Positions 26,001-37,800 of a stretch of 64,000 nt of DNA are shown here, piece after piece; the first letter of the stretch is position 1, and the number at the start of each line of letters is the position of its first letter. Source of the DNA: Iphione sp. A-MEVVRFRX5 (Eukaryota); NCBI GenBank assembly GCA_976226885.1, contig OZ320314.1, positions 72,478,001 through 72,542,000 on the forward strand, read 5' to 3'. The notes under the pieces were generated by a model. It saw only the letters and a program-made list of their open reading frames with translations. It did no database searches and was not told where the DNA came from. The position numbers and the translations under genes are program-made.

Positions 26001-28682
26001 TTGACTTTCCTGATATTAACTAATAAAAACTTTCCGAATGGAATTTCGATATGGGGAAATTCTTTGTCAGAGCTGTACGCGAAAGCCTGTTCCATGTTAA
26101 TGTAGATTGCCGCGGTATTTTCTTTTTTTTTTACACTGTTTGCGATACTGCAATGGGACAGATCGTAGGCATGGAGAGGCACAGTGCACTTTCCTGTCAC
26201 ATTGAATCATATTTCAAAATTCGTGATAAGTGATGTTTATTTCGGCTCATGCATTTTTTTCAGAAATGACAGAAGCTGAACTGCCGTACATACATCACAG
26301 CATCCTGTTTACCTCATATATGTGCAAGTTCAAATTTATTCTACAGTAGAGGCTCGTCCATTTCAGAACATAGGAATGTATCCCAGTCAAAATGTGTACT
26401 AGGCATGCAAAGCACCGATGTATATATATCACCGGTATATCTCTACATGTATAGGTGAAAGTGGTCGCTGGACTAACACGCAAACATGGTCTTTCAGCGA
26501 ATATCTCCCCTTTCGTAGCTCTGAATACCAAGGGTTATCTGTTAGAGTGCGGCGAGAACTGTGATTTTTCCACGATGTACTTCTCGTGTTGTCTACCAGT
26601 CGGATTGATTGCCCACCTTCCCGAGGGTTGCACGTGGAGGTCGGCAGAGGGCGGGCGTGTTTACATTCCGTCGCCCTGTTTAATGCGTCGCGCCCCGTCC
26701 AATGTACACGGATTAAAGTGACTCACACATTGAAGGCAATCAGTTCTGGCCGCCCGGGCGACGACTCGGTCAATGTTGCGGCCTTAAACAGATCTGCTAA
26801 ATAGAGCACGTGGGTCGGCCCCATGCTCTCCCATTGCATGCTTCCTCCTCTCCTTAACACCCTCCCTCGAAACTCTCCGGTCCTGGTCGGCGTATCAAAA
26901 CAACGCGGGGCGGGCAAAGTCTTTCGGTCAACGCGATCTTAAATGGTAATTAGCGCCACATAGGCTGTGTAATGAGGCGGATAAACAAACCATTGAGAGT
27001 GAGTCTATAAGTGCGGTGCCTCTATTGGCCAAGGGATTGGCATTAGCTTGTCGACACACAAGGCCTGACGGACGCTGACCAGAGCGTTGCGAAACCTAGT
27101 GGTTAGAAATGTCGGCCATGGCTGTTCAAACCCTTGACCGCCGAGAACGAGCGCCACGGGGCAAAGTATATATTTAAAGCACGAGACAGGTACATGCTTC
27201 GTGGAAAGCGCATTGCAACCGTAGCCGGAGCAAGACATAGCAAATGTATGGTACCGGAGTCATTCGGGCTTAAGGGCTCGCGGTCGGCTTTATAGAGGGC
27301 GAACCGTTCATTCCGCTGATTCCTACCAGGATCATGTAGATGGCGAAGGAATCGACGCACATAAATGGTAAACGTTCTCGAGGGCCCCATTGGCTCAACC
27401 GTAAACAATTACTTTCCCTGCTCACATGCCTGCTGTTGATAAGTATCCACGATCCCAACTGACTGTGAATAGCTCCTTTCCACAAAAAAGGGGAGAGAAA
27501 ATGCCAAAATAGAGCTCGTTTAAATGCCAAGGGGTTTAGTGGAACAGAATACTGAGAATGTCCATATATCTACCTGCTTAAAAGCGTGTAATTTTCCAGT
27601 ATTAAGTCATTTCTGTTTGGTAAGTGTACGTGGACGATTAAAACGACACTCAAACTCAATTCATCAGTGCATTCTACGATCTCGAGGCTTTAACTGTCAT
27701 ATTCTAATGTAAATATGCGGAGTTTTTAAAACACTGCACAATGTTTGACAGACATACAACCTCCTCCACACTACACACACCCACAGATTTTTATAATAAG
27801 CATCAGTAGTAAGGAAGTGGGCGGTTTCCTTCTTTTGAGCAACATCACGTTCGTATAAGTGGGAAGTCATGGCTATTTTTCATCTGCTGGCGTTACTCTC
27901 CCATTCAACCACGTGGTATATGGTAAGCGTAAAAATGAGTGGAATTTTTTTGACCATGTTCACGTGTACCTGCTCTATCACGAGAGTTCCCGGTGCTCTT
28001 TGATTGGATGTAGGCACGGGGTGAAGTGAGTGGTGTGGGTGTGTAGGTGTAATAATGTGAGAGTAAGAGTTTGTGTGTGTGTGTGTGATTAGGGGGGTAG
28101 GGATGTGTAATCATCCACCGATCCATACATCACCTTGGTTGGCCGTACATACATCTAATGCTTGCAATATCTGGCCCGTAAGTAGCCCGCCGGGGCGCCG
28201 GGAATAATGATGGGAGGTGAGCGCAGCCTTTTTAGCCTGCAATGTGTAGAATGCTGCCAAGAGCCTATGGACGCCGCTGGACCCACTGCACCCCCATCCC
28301 CACCACCACCACCACCCCCACCATCAGCACCCCCAACATCAGCACCATTCCAGCCCCCTCTCCTCCATACCGGCCGACCGCCAGTGCGCACCTCACATTA
28401 TCCCCCACTGTGGTCTGGCTGGCTGTAGCTATAGCTTGGCACGGGGCTGCACCAGTGGGCACACCCAATGAATTGGCATTAGGTTTCCATCCCCACCATA
28501 GACTGCCTCTGGCAACGGATCCCTGGGAAACAGCGGACGGAAGGGACAGTGAGCCTTCAAAGACCGCCGACCGTATGTGTGTACTTAAGTATATGAGTAG
28601 TCACCGAGTACACCCGCACATGCTTTTGTGTGTAGTGGGGGTGGGGGGGTGAGCCTGTACTTCAGAGGATTTTGTATGCCTG

Positions 28683-28728
28683 TGTCCAAAACGCATGTAT
28701 TTGTTTGTCCAAAACGCATGTATTTGTT
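28683..28728. repeat. Perfect 23-bp tandem duplication
   Basis: TGTCCAAAACGCATGTATTTGTT x2. Confidence 0.95.
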
Positions 28729-31700
28729 TAGTTTATGTATTAAAGAGGAAAATACTATATCAGTGGATTTCAACTATGTATTGTGTCCCTCTCCCGGTAT
28801 ACACGTAGGCATGACGACGAAATATAGCCTTACCGTACAGCAGATAGCTTGCCCTCCAACTCATACAAGAGTTTAAATTATTTACAATGTACATGGTAAC
28901 CAGGCGTCTACTCACGCAGGTCGTTGCAGGGGATACCTTATTATCTGTGGGACCAGGGGTCGAGTCTAAGCGCCTCGACGGCCCGGCTTTATCACGTAAT
29001 GTTTCCCTGGATCGAGCGGAAGGCTGGTTTAGATAGGCGCTCTGGGAGGCGAGGTGTGTGGGCGGAACCCGCCACAGTTGGTCTGCCCCCGTCCCGGAGA
29101 GGGGTCGGGCGCCCGGGCGGGGAGGCACCGCTCACCTGACTCGGGCAGGTGAAAACCAAGCCGTTCCCGCCGCCGTTGCTGCCTGCCAGCTTCCATGCCT
29201 CTGTCCGGATGGGACAGACGTCATGCCGACTTTCCCAGATTATATGTATGCGCCTCTATCTCACGTGCATTTGATGGATGGCGACTGCCGCGCCGACTGC
29301 AGTGCCACTTACACCAGCAATATTTATCACAAGCATTTGCAAATGGGAAGGAGTTCCTTGTTAACTTTCTTTTAACAGGCACATTTTTACCGTTAAAATG
29401 ATTCACTCAAAGGAGCTCTAGAGGGGAGCTCATCAGCACTAGTTATGGCCGCCCGGAACACAGGGTAATTTCTTAATTACAGATACTACATAAATATCCA
29501 TTTAGACCATGAAGGCCGGGGCCGAACGGATGTGTCTATCATTCACATATGGCAGCTAGCCCATGAAAACAGTTTCTAAACAACGGTTGGAAGAAAATTG
29601 CCATGGGTTATGGATTGTTTAGATGACTCACATATCGTACCCTTCAATTATAAATGAAACTAGATTGGGAACTGTAATGGCTTTATTGATTAGTCTCCGT
29701 TCACATTATTGGTAGCCTTGTCATGAGACAACGGCGCGGTTGTATTCACACCAGGTAAAGGTAACTGGGGGGACTTAACGATAGAACTGTTAGATTAATC
29801 TTTAATGCTCATTCTCTTTTGCAAAGAGGTAGTGTTCAGGTGATACGATCAAAAGCAACGTACATAAGGGGATTTGCATCCTTTATGATGTTTACTTCAA
29901 TTAAACACATAACTAGTCTATGTCGAGTTTCATGTGATACGTTTTGTGTGGCCAGGTGTTTCTGCACTTTTACCCTAAAGTCATTTTCTCGTCTACACAC
30001 AAGTTACACAGAGCGATGCCGAGAACATTAAAGGCAGGCAAAGTAGAGGAAAGAGCACTACGTGAATGATTCATTTAATGAGGAAGGACGGGTTAAATTA
30101 TCTATGTTTACACACTTGGCATCCAATTTCCTCCCCCTCCTTCTCAAAAGTAAAATTCGTGCTTCTCGTCCATGATATACATTGTACATGTTATAAGTGC
30201 TTTTTTTGTGTTACGTTCAAATGTTCTACAAGCTTCAAGATGAATAATGCACAGCTATATCTCGCACAAATTTATTCCTCGTTTCACGCATCCGACACGT
30301 GAACATATTGTTAGCAGTTCACCTGGGGCTACATTACAGCCCTGCGAGCTTTAAGATGGATGATCCGAAATCAAGCTTGTACGCTGTGAAGTGGATGCAT
30401 GACTAAGATTTATTTTTCCGGGCGATTGAGGTAACAAAGCGATGAGCTTTCACTGACATCCAACGGTGGGTATGGTGGCTGATCGAGGACACCCAGATGG
30501 GCCTTGGCAGTGCCTGACAGGGTAGATCGCCGGCTGCTGTGGCGATGGTTTGTAGGTTTGGCGGTGGGAGGAAGGGGGGCGGGGGGCGTGCCAAGGATGG
30601 GGAGGAGGTTGAGTTAGGAGCTGAGGTGTTGAGCGCTAACCGCCAGCTGGCCAGGTGGGCGAAATGTCAGGCGGGCGGACTGGGTAAAGGGGCTGCCCTG
30701 GCCGGGTCGCGGTGACTTGAGCCCGTGCCACCGGTGGAGCAGTCACATCACCAGCTCCGAGCAGCTCCCCGCCCGACATACCACATGTCAGAGCAAACCA
30801 GCATGTGCATTATTCTTCAAGTTGTCTCACTTTTCCACCTGAGCCCTCCCTCCCCTCACAGCGAGTGCTAATCTCCATCCAGAACTCATAAAGCGATACA
30901 AACATAGGCACACCAAGTAGACAAGAGCACAAACACCCTCAGTCAGGCCCTGAAGGGGCCGCATCTGGGAGTATATCTTCTCGCCGTATGGTGCATGCGT
31001 CCACTCGGCTTGACGTCGGCCCCACTGGCGCCCAGACCAAGTAGACCCTCGAAGTACATTGAGCCGACACCTACACCCGGGATATGTTTGTTGTTTCTGT
31101 ATAGGAATCCCCATTTCTGTTGAGGTGGCAGTTTACAAGCTGAACCAGAGCCGATCTTCACTCTCCTCCCCTCAACCACTACCATCTTCACTAAAACGCC
31201 TCTTGCCAGTTCCCCCCATTTGTTGAGCAACAATCATAACCGCTCTTCAAAAACACACCGCAGTTATTCTAGAGGAGATAGGATCTGCAGCTGGTGCATT
31301 TTTCTCCTTTAATCTCACACCTAGTGGTGGAGTGGAATGGGTGGGATAGGATCTCACTGGAATACCACGGAACTAGGCTATGGGCAAAAATGTCGAGGTG
31401 GTGGCGGCGGTGGGGTGTATGGGCGGAAGCAGCAGGGACGTCCCAGGTAAACCAACAAGGATCAACAAACTTGGTCGGCCATCAACCGTCTGGCCGTGTT
31501 TATTGGTGTACCATTGTTGGTGTTTACCGAACTGCGCGCGCCCTTGTCGCTGTTTAGCAGGGGCGGTAAGTATGTGCACACATTTATCCTCATGCCGTAC
31601 CTTTTGCCTGGGGCCTGGGGCCCATCTGCCACGAGGAGTCTACCTGGTTCCTACCACTCCGCACCCCACCATCTAGCGGTAAAGGTGTGAGCACACCTAC

Positions 31701-33959
31701 TTACTACAACAGACGGCCATATTGCTGAGCCGTGAAATATTACATATACGTATGCTGTCTTAGGGTGTAGCCCTCACTGCCCTAGGTGGGCAGGACACCT
31801 CATAAATTTCACCTTGCCCAGTCATCTTTACCCGTGAACGCGCTTCCGCTTCAGAAAACGTTACCCAATCATTCGGTGCGCCTTGGAGTCTCCTATGCGA
31901 AGACAGAACTGGTCCTGTGCTGTCAACTTCGTTTCATTATTGATCAAAAGCCATGGCCCCTCTGCAGTCATCACGCTTTCCGACAGCACTGAATCTGCGG
32001 CACAGTTGGATGAGTGGTGTATAGTTGGATGTGCGGAGGTGCCAGACTCACTTATCGGCGATAACTGAGCCAGGGAACGCAGGTGCAGATGTCTAAAATC
32101 AACTCCAGCTGATATCGAGGATAATAAACAGTGTGCTTTTTGTTATGCGTGCTAAAATATTATGACAGCTTTGGAATTGGAAGTGGTTAAGTTGTCAAAT
32201 TTAATCTCCTGCACTGTAAGGGTCCTTTCTTACTGAAATTACAGCAAACCTTTGTATTTTTTGAGAAACTGTTTGGAAAAGAATACATGTACATTGTACA
32301 TGCAGCACACGTTCAACCCTGTTACATTTCCTTGTTTCTCCGACTAGCCCTTGGTATGGAATGTACTTATCATCGTGTGATTAAATGTCAATACCAAAAC
32401 GTTATAATAATTTTAGAAATGCCTCTGACGTTATTACAAATAAATCACTTATATTCTTTTCTTTTATCTGGATTTTAGTAACGTACATAATTTATGTTCC
32501 ATATTGTACACCGCGACCTATGCAATTGCTTTTGCTTGTGTTCACACAAGAAAACTAATCCTAATAAAGTGAGTACATCGATCTTATTCACGACCAAAAA
32601 CACGCTTTATAATGTGCGCAAACTAGCTAATCTGTCCACGGTAGAAATCTAGATGATATACGCTTTTCCCATACATATGCTGGAAGTTCCTTTTACTGTC
32701 CGTAGGATCTGATATGTTTCAATCGATGTGAAAGCAATTAGGTCGCCCAACACCTCAGTGTAAACATGCTATAATCATTTCTCAGTTTGACATGGAAAAA
32801 AAGAACCGAAGCTGACAGCGAGGTAACGCTGTGGGCCCCGCCAGGGGGCAGTGGCCAGCCCATCGCTGAGTGCCAGCTACCTGGAGACGGCTGCTAGCTG
32901 GCGATGGCCGACGACGGCGAGAGACCAACGCGGCACACCTAGTGAAAGCTGCCCCTCTCAGGAGGGGGGCCATCTCCCGCCTGGTCAAACCCATGACAAC
33001 CCACAAGGCAAAGACGCCGCACTGGTGACCTGCTGGAGGAGGAGGAAGAGGAGGAGGTGGAGGTGGGTCCTGCTGAAGTGGGGGGGGGGCATTGCTTGAA
33101 GAAACCAGAGAGTGAGAGAGAGGGGGGTGGAGAGAGGAGAGAGAGTGAGTGTGTTCAATCCACTGGGTCACGGGCCGCTCTGCTGCACGGGCGGGGGAGT
33201 ACTAAAAGGAGGGAGTTGTTGGTATAGGCCCAGTCAAACATTTTTATAATCCTCATGTCGGTGAGGTCGCCTACAGTGAGGTAGTCTGATTTATACACAC
33301 TAAAAGCGTCACCTAACAGAAACTATAAGCATTCCAAACATCTTAACTAAGCGACTGAAAAATGACTCCAAAATAACATTTGAAAAGCCTGTTGGGAAAT
33401 ATCTTTTCGGAACTTCGTAACATACGTATCCAGAAACGTATACGTGCAATAAAGACGTAAATGATGTAAGTTAATTACCTGCTTAACGCCATACACATTG
33501 TTAATGATACGCTAGGCACCTATGAATAAAGACTTGTGCTCTTACTTTGAATAAGTAGCAATTAAGCACACATTTGCGTGCATGTATATCAAACCACAAG
33601 GCATATACAAAAAAGGAAGAAACCTTTGTCAGTGATCCAATCAGCGTGTAGTTGATATGCAATGTTTACTCAATTAACATCCCAACTGCAACGGATAAAG
33701 CATCCTCCCTCCTAACTATTTGCCTTACATGAATGCTTTGTTAATCTAATATACAAAGCTGCCTCGTGCCACGCGGTAGTATGACTCAGAATCCTTCGAA
33801 CCATATTACCACGGTGGTGTCACACCACGCCTGGACTATTTCCGTAGATGCGACATGGTTGATAAGGTTAAGCAAGTGAAGAAGAAACTTAATTCCAAGA
33901 AGAAGAAAAAAATATATCGTAGATCATACACCAGTCTTAATATGAAGCGCATGAAGATG

Positions 33960-34290
33960 CAACATACCCTTAATAGTGTTGGGAAATAGTGTTCTGATAA
34001 TGGTCTTATCATGAATAAAGATAAATCCAAGATAATGAATTATGGCAAAACAAGGGAGTTTAAAGTGGACATAATGTTACAGGGTCTAATATTAGACCAA
34101 GTTAATAGTTTTAAATTTCTGGTGTTTGATATAGACTCAAGGTTAACATTTAAATGTATGATTGACTACAAAATATCAAGAATAAGGTCAGTAATGTACT
34201 TACTGCAGAAGGGAAGAAACTACTTAAAACATTGTTTACTGTTTTTGTTACTCCCCATATTGATTATGGACTGGCATTTTTGAGTGGAGC
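33960..34290 (+). pseudogene. Degenerate LINE (CR1/L2-like) reverse transcriptase C-terminal fragment
   Basis: Translation QHTLNSVGK*CSDNGLIMNKDKSKIM...LDQVNSFKFLVFDIDSRLTFKCMID, then after a frameshift VFVTPHIDYG. This follows the usual post-YADD LINE ORF2 pattern (W..N.L.LN..K; V..FK.LG..ID..L.F..H; PHLDY). Confidence 0.7.
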
Positions 34291-34596
34291 TAAGAGGAGA
34301 GACTTATGGCCGGGTGCTGATTCATCGGCCGCCGATCTCACCCTTCAGATAAGAGCGTCACCTTGGTTTTTGGCGTGCACATTGACATTTTCTTATCAGT
34401 GCAGATTATGTCACTGTCTTGGAATAAGACTGGGGGTGTGTTGGTTTCAACACAGTGAGGGATAAGACATGGTAATCCAAGATAGCTACCGAGGAGTCTT
34501 AGGGCATAGTATAGCACAGATATTCTTTGAATAAGGTGAAAATAGGTACATTACCATACATTACTACACATATCTGTGCATATCTGAACAATTCAG

Positions 34597-34862
34597 TCCA
34601 TTTTCATCATTGTTCCCATCATTTTGGTGGCTTTTAGCATCATACTCGTCCTTTTTCATCATTTTTCCCATCAGTTTCACAGCTTTTAGAATCATATTTA
34701 TCCTTTTTCATCATTTTTTTCATCATTTTCATAGCTTTTAGAATCATATTTATCCTTTTTCATCATCTTCTTCATCATTTTGACGGCTTTTAGAATCATA
34801 TTTATCAATTTCCATAATTTTTCCCATCATTTTCCCAGCTTTTAGCATCACATTTGTCCTTG
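34597..34862. repeat. 52-bp minisatellite, about 5 copies
   Basis: The anchor GCTTTTAG recurs at 34630, 34682, 34734, 34786 and 34838 (period exactly 52). Unit is approximately GCTTTTAGAATCATATTTATCCTTTTTCATCATTTTTTTCATCATTTTCATA. Confidence 0.92.
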
Positions 34863-37800
34863 TGATTGACATAAACGGGTTGAAAGCACCCTCACAACAT
34901 GCCAGCTCAGCCTTGGCCGAGGTGGCCTTCTCATAGATAAGATTTGCAACCAACACGCCATTTCAGGTGACGACTTTAGCCAAGGTCGCCAACCCAAAGA
35001 TAAGGTGCGGAAAACCAGCACCCAGCCATTAGACTTGCAAGTGCTTGGTATCAATCGTGTCATTTACTACTATGTAACAGATGGAGTAGAAATACCATAA
35101 AAGAGATGTTATGTAATGAAAATATTAGAGATATAGATGATAGACTATGTCACTCTACGTTGCTGTTGTTAACAGATCTTTACTTTTTGTTGTTCTGTAA
35201 GGTAAAGGAGAGTACATAGACTAGGCGAGGAAGGACAATACAACTAGAGACGACGAAGCCTGAGTTGAGAATTGTGTAGAACAGTTTTATATATAGAGGA
35301 ATCAAGACTTGGAATAACCTACCAGATATTATAATAAACATCCTTTATTAATCATGTGATATATAAGGAACAATAAATGGACTTGGGATGATCAGCCATA
35401 ATAAAGATTTGATCAAAGAAGGCTGAGTAAATAGTTGTAAGACACCTGTAAAAAGGCGGTGCTATTCTGCTCAATAAAAACAATTTGAACTTGAATTAGT
35501 ATCTCCGCCGTTTATACTATAAAGATTTGGGCCTACCAGCTTTAGGTGTAAAATGTATCAAACATAATTATTTGAATTTTTTAATGGTAAATTCAACAAA
35601 CACAGTGTCTACATGGAATCTGTAGCCAAATAAAGACCATGGCTTGAGCTGTTTCCGTATCAGGCGCACATGCTTTATTAAATGAATGTATAAGTCTACA
35701 CATATCATCGTATGGGTGGGTATTTTCTGATCACTCAGATTACCCTCAGCATACACCAAGACGCCATATTTTATATTTCAATTGAGCGTCTGACTCAAAA
35801 GGTGTCTAACCGCCGTCTTTTAGCGTTCACTGAAGTCGCCAAGACCGTCATTACCTCTTTACTCCATTTTTTTCTCTACAGGTAGCTACTATACCGGTAC
35901 CTAATAAGACAGAAAAAAATATACTCTCCACTTCAGCGTTCGTTCAGATTACTTTTCTCCCCAAACAAGCCACGTTGAATTTAGTGTCGACAGTCGTCCC
36001 GACTCTGCCCCTGGCAGGTCAGTCTGGATAAGCCTCGGTGGGTTTTCCACTCCAATTCACATGTGACTTCCGTGAAAAGCAAATAACAGCCACGCAAGTT
36101 AGGTGTGTTTTGTAGTATGTACAGGTGACTACGTGTATGTGTGTGTGTAACTGTGAAAGTGTGTGCGTTCGTTTTTCTACTACTGCTACTTTCAGACGGC
36201 TGTGTGAAAACTGCACCCAACTGGGTTGCTGCGCCGTTATTTCTATTGTTCAGATGTTTAAACAAGCCATAAAACACCGTCGATTCAGACACCGTGAAAC
36301 CGACGTCAGAATGACCTGAGTGGAGGAGAGGTTTTTCAAGAAAGTTTACGTGGGGTCACCATGACTACACGGTAATGTGCTGGAGCGAGAAAAAAAGCTT
36401 TCTTAACGTAACAACTTTAAATATAATAAACTATCAATATTTTGTGGTCATAAAACGAAATATGCACACATAATATACATGAATATGTAAAACCTCCTAT
36501 GGGGCCTTCCCAGAGCTACAAAGAATACTAAATGCATGTGTATAGATACATGTACGTGTATACATATGCGATTTACATGTGAATAAAAGGAAAATGAATT
36601 CACTCTGAAAATGCTTGCGACAATTTCTATGACAACATAATGAAACTCTCCTTGACCCAAATATCCAGGGCATCAGGCAAGATGTCCTCCACAAACCTGT
36701 TAAATGTGGTAATATTCTCACAGGCCCTGGGCTGGCCGTGACACGGAGCTACCGTAAAGATACATCGTCATAGTGGAGCGTCCATATTTTTTGTGTTAAT
36801 TTAGACTTAAAGGAGACCCGGAGAGGAAAGGCATATTTCAGAGAGGAAAGGGTGTCACGGCCACCCGCGGTCGGTAGTATGACAGTGACCACTGACAGCT
36901 AATCGGGCTTCGGACGACTAATTGATGGGACAAGCGGTGGCTGCCCCGAGCAGGGCCCAACTGTGTCTTGTTTGCCCCCAGGTACGCACCACAATTCCAC
37001 ACTAATGAAACCAATTTGAGGAGGCGGACGGCCGGGTATACAGGTATCGGTGTCAATCATACGCTAGTATCACGTTCTCACGACCGGGAGGAGCAGAGGT
37101 AAAGAGAGGCAGAAATCAATCATCCCCTCCCTCCATACGTCCAGACCCTCCTCCCACCCCCCGACCACCACCATCAGCCAAGAGATTTGATAGGTAGCCT
37201 GAAAAATACATGCATGTCGAAGTTGGACGGCGGGACCCGGATGGTGTGTCACAGGACACCGAAAACAGACACCCGTATGTACAAAACATCCAGCAGACCC
37301 GGTAGTGACAGGTAAAGAGAGGGAAGGGGATCTGCATGGTTGTTTTATCATTGCCTCCCTCCCCCCCCAAAAAAAGCCCTCACTTGTTTTGTGCTCTCCG
37401 TTCAAGTGCAACAATCCTCTCTACTAGCGGCGGGACGGGCACAGGCTGTGGGAACACCAGCTTGATTAACAAGTTCCCCTTTTGTGTGGACCCTACGCAA
37501 GCAGCTCCCATGGTTTGGCAAAAGGAGGTGCCCCCATCGTTCAGATTCCGTGATCACCAGGGCCCTCTTTGGCTACTCTTGGCTGGTTCGGCTAATGACA
37601 ACACGCAGGTGATAAAAGGGGATAGACCGGGATACACACGTTGGGTTGGGAGTTGTCGGGGGGGGGAGGTTGCTAGGCGAGATTTTTACCTCTCTCTCCC
37701 CTCCCTGGTTGATCCTTATTTCATCCTGAGTGAACGGGCAACACCTAACAAGATGGTAGGTCGACACGACCCGCGCCTATTACATAGATGTTTTACGGAG

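Noticed and set aside
33277-33300. let-7-like TGAGGTAGT; also miR-200-like TAACACTGTC (3378) and miR-31-like AGGCAAGATGT (36675)
   Set aside because: Only the 5' 9-11 nt match, the 3' halves differ, and no precursor-length hairpin is evident.
34750-34956. D/E/K-rich minus-strand ORF
   Set aside because: It is a translation of the 52-bp minisatellite, whose period breaks the frame at every unit.
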